A DNA stretch of 64,000 bases from an uncultured Acidobacteriota bacterium (GTDB taxonomy: Bacteria; Acidobacteriota; UBA6911). Shown in pieces: positions 51,884-64,000 of this stretch. Both the position numbers and the translations under genes were made by a program. The stretch spans positions 224,001-288,000 of the forward strand of contig CAWHCF010000010.1 of the NCBI GenBank assembly GCA_963827655.1, in the 5' to 3' direction. A model generated the notes under the pieces. It was given only the letters and a program-made list of their open reading frames with translations. It was not told the DNA's origin and searched no databases. Each line of letters begins with the position of its first letter. Positions within the stretch are counted from its first letter, which is position 1.

Positions 51884-52291
51884 GACAGCTCAAACTTCGG
51901 ATCGACAGACCACTACCGCGCGCCGTGAAATACCAAGGGAACTTGTCTTGTAGCGGGTTGCGAATGTCGCTTTATCTCCTCGAGGCCGTGCCCGCGAAAT
52001 AGACGCCGGAGATCCCGCCTCGTCCGGGACAATGAGGCTGCGTCAATTTGGATGTCAACACAAATCGCGGTGGCGTGTGTGCAAGGACTTGCCATTTGAC
52101 TGTCCCGGAGCGATCATGACCTCGAACGTTGAAGGAACGATCAAGACCATGTGAATCGCGGCTGGAGGCCTGACGCGTGACAGCCGTGGCCCAGTCCCCC
52201 TGGCTCTACGCGCACGGGTTGGGATAGAAGACCCAGCGCCCTGCGTGCATTCTCTTCCGAGGGGTTCAACCCACTCTCAGAGGTTCCCAAT

Positions 52292-53944
<1,653 letters not shown>

Positions 53945-54169
53945 CGTTTGCTGCGGAGCGCCGGGTCGTGTGAACCCGTCTCGCATGCCGGCGGACGGCG
54001 GACTACCAGGCGCGGGGGGCACGAGATTGCTGGAACGCTTCATCCCGCAGTAAAAGCAAACACGTTTCGGGGAGCAGAGATAGCGAGCGAGCCGCCTTAC
54101 CCGCCGTTGCCTCGTCGTATCAGCGCCGATGGTCAGAAGACACCAACCGCTGTAAACGTCCCTACAGGA

Positions 54170-55251
54170 TTTTCCTTGGAAATCAAGGTCGGGCTTTCCA
54201 TCTCGCTGACAGGCCGCTTTTCGTTCCAGGGACGACAGGCCTTCAATGGAATTCAGCTCTGGCAATCCTTCATTAACTCGCGGTGGAATCACGGTCCGCC
54301 TCTGCATCGAGGGCAGGTCCGCCTGATCTATTACGATGATCAGAGCCGCTCGAGCTGCGCCCGGCAGAACGCCCTCAAATTACTCCGGCACGACCGCGTC
54401 GACATACTCCTGGGGCCTTATGCCAGCAATTTGACAATGGTAGTGGCGGAGGTCGCGGAGCAATACCAGAAGGTCCTATGGAACCACGGTGGCTGCTCTG
54501 ATGAAATCTTCAACCGGAGTTATAAGTGGCTGATCGGAACTGGAAGTCCTGCAAGCCAGTACCTCCGCGCTTTTCACGGCATCTGGCGGTGAACCTGCCG
54601 GGGCTGCAGCGGATCTGTATCTTGCAGTCGGCCGAGGGACTTTGCCTCACACGTGGTGCGAGGACTGATTGAAAGCGACCGGACGCCTCGAAGGTCCTTC
54701 CGCTGCCCAGTGGGGTTTAAGGCGCCTATCCCGTCGTTCAGCTGATCTCCATCGCCGCGGACGTATCTGATCCTGGCCGGGAAGCTTTCAAGATGAGATC
54801 GCACTTATGCGACCGAGGCATGTGGCCCGACACGATACGGAGCGTGGTGGCAGTGGCGGCCGGGGTGCAGGCCTTTTACCAGGAGATTGATGAATGCGCT
54901 GAGGGAGTCATTGGCCCCAGCCAGTGGGAGCCGGAAGTCCACTTCGAAGACACTCGGGGGCCGGATTAAGACTGGTGTGTCCGGAGGTTCGAGGAGCGAT
55001 TTGGGATCGACCGGAGTACATGGCTGCAGGGGGGTTCGCCTGGGCCTGGTTCTTGCTGAATGCATCGGGCGACAGCGGTAGAGGACGAGCAATTGCGCGC
55101 GGCTGCCTCCGAGCTCGATTTCAACACGTTCTACGGAAGATTTCGCATCGATCCCGTAACTGGATGTCAGATTGGACACCGGATTCTGCTCGTGCAATGG
55201 CAACAGGGGCGAAAGGTGGTGCTGCCCGAGGTTGTGCAGAGCAGAGGCTGA
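54170..55251 (+). pseudogene. Degraded branched-chain amino-acid ABC substrate-binding protein (LivJ-like)
   Basis: IKVGLSISLTG, LIYYDDQS, DILLGPY, FNTFYGRFRID...QIGH..LLVQWQ; many shifts, no clear signal peptide. Confidence 0.65.
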
Positions 55252-55405
55252 CGCATGATGCGGCCTCGTGGAAACGGACTCTCAGTTACCTCGCGATGGA
55301 CCCTGTCGTTTAACCGCGGGGCGGCGAAGCTGCCTCCTGCAGAATGACGCTACCTGATTTGGAGAGGGTTACCCGGCGTTCTCCAACAACTTAGTTTTCG
55401 CCTGG

Positions 55406-56016
55406 ATGAAAATGAAACGCCCTTCTCTGCGGGGAGTCGTTCTTCTTCACGCCGGGAAGCCTCCGCGGTTGAGATCCACCAGGGCATTGATGGAGGCGCT
55501 CCGAACGAAGATCAAGCGGGCCAGGCGTAACGGAGTCGCTGACGATCTTTCGACCATTGTCTTGCGCGTCGGAAAGCAAGCGGAGCTGACCAGGGAAGAA
55601 GTGGCATGAGGCGGTATTCAAGACTTGCGCTTTTCGGCCTGCTCGCCTGGTGCGCTTTCTTCTGGCTTTATCCTAGGGTCAACCCGGTGGCTCGATTCGG
55701 GTTTTCGATTCGACCGCAGGCATCGTTAAAATCCACCGGCCCGCCTCTCGGGCTGATTCCCCGAATCCCCTTCCAGGGAGCGGAAGTCGAGCTGCGCGCG
55801 GGCGATCTCCTGGCATTGCATTCAGACGGCATCGTGGAGGCGCAGAACCCCAGCGAAGTGCAATTCGGGGATGAGAGATTTATTGCGGCGCCGAAGGAAC
55901 TCGCCCACCGGCCCGCTGCGGAGATGGTCGCGGAAGTGTTCGAGCGCATAGACCGTTTTGTCGACGGCGCGCCGCAACACGACGACATCACGCTGATGCT
56001 GATCAAAGCCGTGTAG
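55406..56016 (+). pseudogene. Fragments of SpoIIE/PP2C-type phosphatase genes
   Basis: DDLSTIVL in 55406-55609; GPPLG, GDLLALHSDGIVEA, QHDDITLM in 55606-56016; N-terminal half of the domain absent. Confidence 0.65.
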
Positions 56017-56115
56017 CAGAAAAGACGCGTCGCGAAAAAATACCACTAAGCCCCAAAGACACGAAGAAACACCAAGAATCATTGCCAAAAAAGCGGAAAA
56101 GCGCCGCGGACTCGA

Positions 56116-57049
56116 TCACTTCTTGCGTGCCTTCGTCCGCGTGGTGACGTAGAGGTCAAAGCCGCCGGACCCTCCCTCGCGATTCGACGTGAAAAACAGA
56201 GACTCGCGATCCGCAGCGATGTTCGGCATCAAATCCTCGGCCGTGCTGTTCACCGTCAGGCCCAGAGTGGTGGGAGTGGACCAGGCCTGTGCCGGAGTCT
56301 CGCGGGTCGACACCCAGAGGTCCGAGCCAAGGGAGCCGACACGGTCCGAATCAAAAAACACCTCGAGACCGTCGAACCGGACCGATGGCCGTCGATCGTT
56401 CGCTTCGCTACTCAGTTCCGGAACCAAAGTGGCGGGGCCAAGCGAGCCAGGTGCCGTCGCGGCAACGACGTAAATATCGAAATTTCCGAGTCCCCCGGGC
56501 CGGGTGCTGACGAAGAACAGCAGTGGGCGGCCACCCTCATCGTTCTCGAAAAAGCCGGCGCCTGCGTCGATGGACTCGGAGTTCACGCCTGGGCCGAGGT
56601 TGACGGGAGCCTCCCGATGCGAAGTCGTCGTGCTTGTGGGCGCGGTACGAAACCCAGAGGTCCAGTTGACCGAACCCACCTTCACGATTGCTGTTGAAGA
56701 ACAGCCAATGTTCGTCACGTGACAAGGAAGGGACGGCATCGAGCGCGCCACTGTTCACGACCGGCCCGAGATTCCGTGGAGTGCCCCACGGCGCGTCGAC
56801 GCTGGCGCGCTGCGACACCCAGAGGTCCTGGCCGCCAAACCCGCCAGGTCGATCCGAGTTGAAGTAGAGGCTCAAGCCATCTTTGGATATGGCAGGGCCG
56901 ATCTCTCCCGATGAGGAGTTGATGGTCGCGCCGAGATTCACCGGTGTGGACCATGGGGAGAACGTCGCGGTCGCACCGGGATCCGCCGCTATCAATGTGA
57001 TGAGGGTGAATCCGACTGCTGCGCATGTGATGCGGGTGCTATGAGTCAT
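56116..57049 (-). CDS. Secreted PD40 (WD40-like) repeat beta-propeller, frameshift near 56620
   Basis: Repeats PVNLG..INS, PAISKDGLSLYFNSDRPGGFGGQDLWVS. Confidence 0.85.
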
Positions 57050-57198
57050 GGCGATCCTCCTTGTCGGGGCTCGGGCCCCATCGGAAATGTGAACCGTGGT
57101 GACTGGAAGTGTCGATGTCATCCTCGAAACCCTTGTATCGTGCCGAGTCGCGCTTGTGACTGGCGCGCATGGGAAATCCATTCACGCAACCGCCTCCT

Positions 57199-58517
57199 TC
57201 ACTTCTTACGATCGTCGTCATCATCGTCGTCATCATCATCATCATCGTCATCATCGAGAGGCAGCAGAAAGTGCTTGAAGGCCCACTCGGCCACGCGCCT
57301 GCCCTGCCTCCGCGCCCCAGTGTCCGCGAAGCGGAAGTGGATGCCCTGGTAGATGCGGGCGACGACCACATCCTCGGCCGCGTCCGAGAAGCGGCGATAC
57401 GTGCGTGTCTTCTGTACGGCCAGCGGGTTGAGGCTCGTCACTGAAAAGGTCATTCTGTCCGTCCCGAAGAAGAGCTCGAGCATACGGGTCATGGCGCCGG
57501 TAACACTGTTGGCGCCCGAGGTGTAGTCAGGATAGTTCGGCGTGTTGATCAGCGGCTGCCAGGTCGGATCGCCGGCTGTGCGCGGGTTGCCGTCGTTATC
57601 CCCCTCCTGAATGGCCGTGAGGGGCGCCAGAATACGTAATGCCTCTTGGTGTCCCAAGCCGTGATTGCGGCATCGCGCATTGCCAGGTTGGCCAAGGCAA
57701 AGAGCCGGGCACTGTCGCCAATGCTGTGGACATGCGCATTGGCGAGGGCCCGGAGGGCTCGATTCCAGAGAGCAAGGTAGTTATCGGCCCAGAAATAGGC
57801 GAGGTCGGTCTGCTCCGGGTGCGGGCGCTGTTGACGAAGCCGCCCAAGCGCCTTGACCTCGTTATAGTCCTCGGTGTAGCGGGCGCTGGTCAAAGCCGGC
57901 GGCGGCTGGGCGCGGAACTGTGTGGGGCCGGTGAGGGTGAAGGGTCTGACGTTGGCCAGCCACGGCACCGCCATGGGCGCAAGCTGCGGAGGCGGCCCTG
58001 GAGGAGGATGTGTCGGGCGCCAGACGCCGGGGTCGGTGCCGCCGATGAAGGGCGGCGGGGCGGGCGGGAAGCTCCCGTCATTGGCCCGCAGGGCGATGAT
58101 ACCGGCAGCGGCCTTCTGGCCGACTGCCACCCCGGGGTCGTCCTCCCCCAGGCGATTGTTGGCCAGGTAGCTGTGGTAGGTCGTGGCGAGGGACGCGGCT
58201 TGCGCAGGGAAGCGATTTACAAGCACATCGTGCGCGGCCTTGGCGGCCGCCGCCGCCGGAGAGCCGGAGGCTCTCGGGATCTCCACGTGATACGGCTCGA
58301 ACCGCCTGTCGATGGCCTGGACGGCGTCGTACACGGCGGCGTGGACCATGGCTAAGTCGAGTCCGGTGACCAGGCCCGGACGTCCGGCGTTGATGGCCGT
58401 CGTGATCGCTTGCAAGGCGATGTCATTCCAATCGACCACGGCGTCGGCGCGCACGGGACGTGCCCAGATCAGACACGCAAACACGATCAGGCTTGCAAGC
58501 CTTCGTAGTTTTGTCAT
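57199..58517 (-). CDS. Vanadium haloperoxidase/PAP2-like secreted protein with poly-Asp tail, frameshifted
   Basis: DAVVDWN, WDTKRHYVFWRP, PDYTSGAN, RIYQGIHF; AAGGAG RBS. Confidence 0.85.
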
Positions 58518-58774
58518 TGCAGTTCTCCTTTCTTGATTGTCTGGTTCGGTCTCCTTGAGTGAATCTGAGTTTTTCCCGAGGTCAGCAACTTGGATTCCAG
58601 TGGCCAGGGTCTAAGGGATATGGACTCCTGGCCCAAGCCCTCCCAACGGAACTGGGTGCCAGGACGGTATTTTCTCAATATTGCTTCGAGCGAGGTTGTC
58701 GGGCTAGGATAGATCGATTTTTCCCCCTCTAAAAGTCGAGCCAAACAATAAGCTGCGAATAGGTGTCGAAGTCT

Positions 58775-58811
58775 TGAGAAAACTCTCAGGAATTTGTTAG
58801 GAAATCCTTAG
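58775..58811. promoter_or_regulatory. 11-bp periodic direct repeats, putative wHTH operator
   Basis: TGAGAAAACTC TCAGGAATTTG TTAGGAAATCC TTAG between divergent genes. Confidence 0.4.
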
Positions 58812-58818
58812 TAGCGTT

Positions 58819-60786
58819 ATGAATAAGACAGGAAAGATCTTGTACGAGTTCGGTCCATTTCGCATCGATCCGGCTGAGCAGGTGCTGCGCAGGAATGGAG
58901 CAATCGTGCCCCTGGCGCCGAAAGTCTTTGACACGTTGCTGATGCTGGTGGAAAACAGCAGTCAGGTCGTCCCGAAACAAGACATCATCAAGCGAGTTTG
59001 GCCCGAGACTTTCGTGGAGGAGGGGAACCTTGCGCTGAACATCTCCACCCTGAGGAAGGTAATGGGCGAGAGTTCGAAGGAGCGTCGGTTTATTGAGACC
59101 ATCCCAAAGCGCGGCTACCGTTTTGTGGGTGAGGTTCGGATAGTGCCAGGTTCAGGCCCGGGAGAGCGCCTCATGCAGACCGCGACCTCCACCGCAGAAG
59201 CGGTCCACTCTAGCGTGACACCGGACGAGGGGGTAGAGGATAGTCTTTTCCAAGGGGTTCAGGCCGCCAGCTCGCTAAGACAAAAGCGGAGACTTCCAGG
59301 GTTCGTTTCAAGCCATGCGGGTCGGTGGTTTGCGGCAGGATTGTTGGCTCTGGCAGTTTGGGCTGCAAGCGGTTATTGGTGGCAACTTACCAGACAAAAG
59401 GAAGCCAGGGCGGGCACCAGTTTTCGTACTTTGGCAGTACTCCCTTTTCAGTCGCTTTCGCCGAAAGACGATGAAGAGTATCTCGGCCTGGGGCTGGCTG
59501 ACGACTTGATCACTAAATTCAGCCGGTTCCGGCAGATTGTGGTTCGTCCCACCAGCGCCATTCGGAAGTATGCCACTGAAAATCGGGATCCCATCCTGGC
59601 CGGCCGGGAGCTAAGTGCCGACGCCGTCCTGGATGGCTCTATCCAAAGAGTGCAGGACCGAATCCGGGTCACCGTGCGGCTGCTCAATGTCCACACGGGG
59701 TCTCCCTTGTGGGCTGGCCAGTTTGATGAAACGCTTGCCCACGTTCTCGAGCTCCAGGATTCGCTGTCAAAACGTATCGCCGAGAGCCTGGAGCTGCGTC
59801 TCGCGGGCGAAGCTCTCCGCCAGCGGAATCGAAGCTCCATCCGAGACCTGGAAGCGTTTCATCTTTACCACCAAGGCAGGTTCTTCTGGTACAAGTCAAC
59901 CAAGGAGAGCTGCGAAAAAGCACGGACGCTCTTCGAGCAAGCCATCAGCGAGGATCCAAACTACGCCGTGGCCTATACGGGACTGGCCGACTGTTACATC
60001 CATCAGGGCTGTGGACCCTGGCCTCGCCATGAGCGCATCCGACAAGCCCGGCATTGGACTCTGGAGGCATTGAAGCTGGATGATGGGTTGGCCGAAGCGC
60101 ATGCCACACTGGCTACCATTCTTTTCTTTTACGACTGGAATCGCCTGGAAGCGGAGCGGGAGTTTCGGAGAGCGATTGATCTGAACCCCGGCTACGCAAC
60201 GGCGCGCCGCTGGTATAGTCATGCTCTGGCGGCCATGGGCCGTCGCGAGGAGGCCTTAGCCCAGGCCGAACTTGCCGTGGAGTTCGAGCCCGCTTCGGTA
60301 GCTTCCACTGCCACCCTGGGGGCCGTCCTCTATTACTTGAGGGAGTTTGACAAGGCGATTACCCAGTTTGAGTCAAGTCTGAGAATGGAACCTGATTTCG
60401 GGAGGGTCCATCCGTTCCTCGGCCTGGCGTACCTGGAAGCTGGGAGATACAAAGAGGCGATGGAAGCATTCCACAAAGGGCTCGATCATGGTGCGGGCCT
60501 CGTCTGGTTGGGCTACGGCATGGCGCGGACAGGCCAGCGGAGAGAAGCGCTGAAGATCCTGAGAACGGTCCAGGAACAGGTGGCCCGTGGAGAGGCCCCA
60601 GCCAATCACCTGACCTCCCTTCACGTCGGGCTGGGAGAAATCGACTTGGCATTTCGGTTCCTGGAAAAAGAGTTTGAAGACCGGTCGGCGGGGATGATGT
60701 ACCTGAAGACCGACCCTTTCTTCGACCCGCTCCGGCGAGACCCACGCTTTTTACGGCTGTCGCGCCGCGTGGGACTGGAACCATAA
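58819..60786 (+). CDS. CadC/OmpR-type wHTH - TM - TolB_N - TPR regulator
   Basis: YEFGPF, FVEEGNL, IETIPKRGYRF; LAVLPF; TPR repeats; DPFFDPLRRDPRF. Confidence 0.9.
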   Translation: MNKTGKILYEFGPFRIDPAEQVLRRNGAIVPLAPKVFDTLLMLVENSSQVVPKQDIIKRVWPETFVEEGNLALNISTLRKVMGESSKERRFIETIPKRGYRFVGEVRIVPGSGPGERLMQTATSTAEAVHSSVTPDEGVEDSLFQGVQAASSLRQKRRLPGFVSSHAGRWFAAGLLALAVWAASGYWWQLTRQKEARAGTSFRTLAVLPFQSLSPKDDEEYLGLGLADDLITKFSRFRQIVVRPTSAIRKYATENRDPILAGRELSADAVLDGSIQRVQDRIRVTVRLLNVHTGSPLWAGQFDETLAHVLELQDSLSKRIAESLELRLAGEALRQRNRSSIRDLEAFHLYHQGRFFWYKSTKESCEKARTLFEQAISEDPNYAVAYTGLADCYIHQGCGPWPRHERIRQARHWTLEALKLDDGLAEAHATLATILFFYDWNRLEAEREFRRAIDLNPGYATARRWYSHALAAMGRREEALAQAELAVEFEPASVASTATLGAVLYYLREFDKAITQFESSLRMEPDFGRVHPFLGLAYLEAGRYKEAMEAFHKGLDHGAGLVWLGYGMARTGQRREALKILRTVQEQVARGEAPANHLTSLHVGLGEIDLAFRFLEKEFEDRSAGMMYLKTDPFFDPLRRDPRFLRLSRRVGLEP

Positions 60787-60853
60787 ACCAATGCGAAGCC
60801 GTCCTTGGACCCGCCGACCCGAACGCGTCCGCCACCACAACGGAGGAATATCG

Positions 60854-61715
60854 ATGAAGGCCACACTCGCACTCGTGCCGGTGCTTGCGCTTGGCGCGGC
60901 GGCGCCCTCTGGCTCAACAGAAGGCTCCCGCCCTCGGAAGTCAGATTTTCGAGGCGTACCGCGTCATCGGCAACATCTATTACGTGGGCGCGACGGATGT
61001 CTCCTCGCACGTCATTGCCACGCCCGCGGGTTTGATCCTGCTCGATACCGGGACCACCCAGATGCTGCCGATGATTCGCGCCAATGTCGAGAAGCTGGGA
61101 TTCCGGATGCAGGACATCAAGATCATCCTGTCCAGCCACGCCCATTGGGATCACGTGGAGGGCCATGCCGCAATGCAAGCGCTCACCGGCGCACAGGTGA
61201 TGGCGGTCGGTGAAGATGCCGCCGCCATCGCCAGCGGCGTCGACAGTTCCGCCATAGCGGCCCGAGGGTGGAAGCCGGTCAAGGTGGATCGGGTGTTGAA
61301 GGATGGGGAGACGGTGACCCTCGGGAACGTCACGATGCGGGCACACCTGACGCCCGGTCACACAAAGGGGTGCACGACCTGGACGATGACGGTGCAGGAC
61401 GGTGGAAAGTCCTACCTGGTGGTGTTCGTCGGTGGCATCAGCATCAATGAGGGAGTGAAACTTGTTGGGAACACCCGTCATCCGAGCATCATCGAAGACT
61501 ACGCGCGGACGTTTCGGGTCTTGAAAGAGCTGAAAGCCGATGTTTTTCTCGCGCAACACCCAGCGATATACGGCATGGCGGAAAAAGTGCAGCGTCTGAA
61601 GGCGAACGCTTCGCCGAATCCCTTCATCGACCCCCAGGGCTACCAGCGCGCCGTCAGTGACGCAGAAAGCCGGTATTTAAAGCAACTCGCCGAGGAGCGG
61701 GCCTCGTCTCGCTGA
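60854..61715 (+). CDS. Subclass B3 metallo-beta-lactamase-like protein, frameshift in the signal region
   Basis: GNIYYVG, ILSSHAHWDHVEG, TPGHTKGCTTW, LAQH, NPFIDP; GGAGG RBS + ATG 60854. Confidence 0.88.
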
Positions 61716-61777
61716 CCGGAGTCCGGGCAAGGCCAAGCAAGCTTCGCCAAACCAAGTCGGTAGCAAGCTTTGAATCG

Positions 61778-62686
61778 CTACCATACGCTGCTTCTCGTCC
61801 CGCCGGGCATCCGGGGCGGAGTACCCCAGCCGCGCCACCACAGCTCGGTCCAGGCGTCTTTGAACCGGGCGCCGGTATCGAAATCCGCCCAGCGCTTGTC
61901 ATTCCGAGCCTTCCAGGCAGCCAGAATGCCTGCGTATGTTTGCAGTTTGCTCGAGTCGTTGGTTTGACGGGCAGCCGTTTCAACGGCCCGCTTCAAGTCT
62001 CCGGCGTTGGAGTAAGCGACCGCGATTGCTTCCAAAGGCTCGGAGCGATGGGCGTCTTCGATTTCGGTCATTCGCTGGAGAGCTTCGTCCGGCTTTCCTG
62101 CGCGAGCGAGTGCCGCCGCTGCCGCGGCGTGAAACTCTCCAAATGCTGATGCTACTTTCAAGGCTCGATCGGGCCGGCCCGCCTGGATCCAGGCATCCGC
62201 TAAGGCGAGGAATTGGTCGGGTAGATACGATGATTCCACTTTGAGGTTAGGTATTCCATCGACTCGCAGGGGGAGCTCGGTGAACTTCGTCTCGCGCAGC
62301 ACCTCCTGGAAAAACGCGACGGCTTCCGGCGATTCAGCGTTGCTCTCGGGCAGCTCTTTGGAAGGGAAACGGCTGCGGTAGAGCGCCTCCGTCTGGACCA
62401 GAAAGTCCATCAGGCCGGATTTCTCTTTGAGAGCCGCGGCGTAGCTGGAGTTGCCAGGATCGCCGAAGCTCTCCCGGAAATCTTTGAAAAAGTAACGGTG
62501 CAGACCGGGCGCCTCCAGGTCCCAATCAATCATCAGGACGCGCCTACCGCGGTGAGCGGTATCAGTGGCCAGAATATAGGCCACGTTGGCCAAAGCCATC
62601 GACCGGCCCGTGCCGCCTTTGTAGGAGTAGAATGTGATGATTTCGCCGATGGCGCGTTCCGCGCCACGGGCGATGGGGCTTGTCAT
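61778..62686 (-). CDS. ParA/MinD-like (KGGxGR) ATPase N-domain joined to a short TPR-like C-terminus
   Basis: GEIITFYSYKGGTGRSMALANVAYIL, VLMIDWDLEAPGLHRYF; helical repeats at the C-end. Confidence 0.8.
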   Translation of the reverse strand: MTSPIARGAERAIGEIITFYSYKGGTGRSMALANVAYILATDTAHRGRRVLMIDWDLEAPGLHRYFFKDFRESFGDPGNSSYAAALKEKSGLMDFLVQTEALYRSRFPSKELPESNAESPEAVAFFQEVLRETKFTELPLRVDGIPNLKVESSYLPDQFLALADAWIQAGRPDRALKVASAFGEFHAAAAAALARAGKPDEALQRMTEIEDAHRSEPLEAIAVAYSNAGDLKRAVETAARQTNDSSKLQTYAGILAAWKARNDKRWADFDTGARFKDAWTELWWRGWGTPPRMPGGTRSSVW

Positions 62687-62693
62687 CAGAGGA

Positions 62694-63284
62694 TCACATG
62701 GACAACAAGGGGCTTGGAACTGTGAACGAAGGCGGAGTCCGTATCTTTTCGATGCCAACATTCAGTTGAAACATGGCGCAGTCCTCGCAGGGGTCGGTGA
62801 CATCATTGACAAACTTCTCGATCGATTCGGCGATTTTGCGGATCTTCGTGGAATTTCTCACGCTCAAGAGCTGAGAGTTCGGTACGTCCACGCGGAGGTC
62901 GACGGGCTTTCTTTTGAAGTAATCCTCCCACTGCTTGACATCTCCTCGACTCACGACCGGAATGATCAGCCCCTTCTTATTCGGCCCGAGACGCTTCGAT
63001 TCCCATAGCTCCATGGCTTTCCATTCGGCGTCGCACCAGCTGCTATCGGGATACTCGGGAGTCAAGACGGCGACCATGCAGACACTTTTGCACAGCTTTC
63101 GCGAAAGTTCCGTCGGGTATGAGCTTCCGATATCTGCATCCTCGTCGATGAACGTACGGATCTCGGTCGGCAGATAGTACTCCAGGCGGCTTTTGAGCAT
63201 GCGGACGAACTCCCGATAGAAATGGGCGTCAGGAGCGTTTCTCGGAGGATGCTTGTAGCTGATGAAGCAGGCATGTTCGAACAT
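62694..63284 (-). CDS. TIR domain protein (FxsC-like)
   Basis: CFISYKH, TFID, VLTPEYPDSSWCDAEW, IIPVV. Confidence 0.85.
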   Translation of the reverse strand: MFEHACFISYKHPPRNAPDAHFYREFVRMLKSRLEYYLPTEIRTFIDEDADIGSSYPTELSRKLCKSVCMVAVLTPEYPDSSWCDAEWKAMELWESKRLGPNKKGLIIPVVSRGDVKQWEDYFKRKPVDLRVDVPNSQLLSVRNSTKIRKIAESIEKFVNDVTDPCEDCAMFQLNVGIEKIRTPPSFTVPSPLLSM

Positions 63285-63486
63285 GACTAACGCGCGGCGA
63301 TTACCGGACGTGCTCGCAATCTGATCATGATGAAATGAGCCCATTCTAGAGTCCCCTCGGCATTCCGTCAATAAGCAGCTTTCGTTGCGCAGCGAAGGAC
63401 ACGAGGCCCGCCAATGCTCGCATTCCCGGTGCCGCGGATAGGTTACAGGTGGACGCTAGCTCGCGTGAAGTGACATACTAGGGCCC

Positions 63487-64000
63487 ATGCGACGCTCGAT
63501 ACTCATTCTTCTTCTCGCGGCGCCCCTGATTGTGGGCTGCCAGACCCGATATGACCTGGTCATCCAGAACGGCCGTGTGATCGATCCTGAATCCGGGCTT
63601 GACGGGGTTCGCAGCATCGGCGTCACGGGCACAAGGATCGCTGCCGTCAGCGAGGGAAGCCTCGCGGGCAAGCGAGTGCTCGACGCTGCCGGTCACGTGG
63701 TCGCTCCCGGTTTCATCGATCTGCACCAGCACGGGCAGGCCCCCGAAAACTACGCGGCCCACGCGCGCGACGGAATCACCACTTCGCTCGAGCTTGAAAT
63801 CGGCGTGGAGAACATCGACGCCTGGTACGCCGAGCGGGCCGGCGGCCAGATCGTTAACTATGGCGCGAGCATCAGCCATCCCTATTCCCGGCAGATCGCC
63901 ATGACCGGCAGCAATCCCGGCCTGTCAGGGCGAAGCGCTGGCGCGGCCGGCTACCGCGGAAGAGATCCAAAGAACCGCCCAACTGATCGCCAAGGGACTC
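63487..64000 (+). CDS. D-aminoacylase-like amidohydrolase lipoprotein (3' partial)
   Basis: Translated by hand: MRRSILILLLAAPLIVGC, YDLVIQNGRVIDPESGLD, VAPGFIDLHQH, DGITTSLELE. Confidence 0.85.
   Translation, partial: MRRSILILLLAAPLIVGCQTRYDLVIQNGRVIDPESGLDGVRSIGVTGTRIAAVSEGSLAGKRVLDAAGHVVAPGFIDLHQHGQAPENYAAHARDGITTSLELEIGVENIDAWYAERAGGQIVNYGASISHPYSRQIAMTGSNPGLSGRSAGAAGYRGRDPKNRPTDRQGT

Overview
GC-rich bacterial window, most likely Acidobacteriota (Solibacter/Bryobacter-like), judged from the ADOP-type permease, Oar-like TonB receptor, M56-VWA fusion, wHTH-TolB_N-TPR regulator and PQQ-type propeller pair. Many ordinary genes are split by single-base frameshifts, which suggests uncorrected long-read errors. 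Content: sugar/sugar-acid catabolic genes, a MazEF-like toxin-antitoxin pair, a membrane patatin locus, a cytochrome c-HhH/propeller/dead-SGNH cluster, a DUF1549/DUF1553/DUF1501 cluster, an IS91-family rolling-circle element with a BlaI/M56 cargo between two ~2 kb direct repeats, a B3 metallo-beta-lactamase and a TIR + ParA-like pair. The best candidate for an undescribed system is the coupled gene pair at 29326-31983 (-). The upstream gene looks like a PmoC+PmoA fusion carrying both PmoC copper-site motifs at exact pMMO spacing. The downstream gene has PmoB-like topology and a predicted N-terminal His. Together they resemble a highly divergent copper membrane monooxygenase (CuMMO)-like C/A-B operon. 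No rRNA, tRNA or CRISPR array was seen. All family assignments come from motifs recognised by eye; no database search was run.
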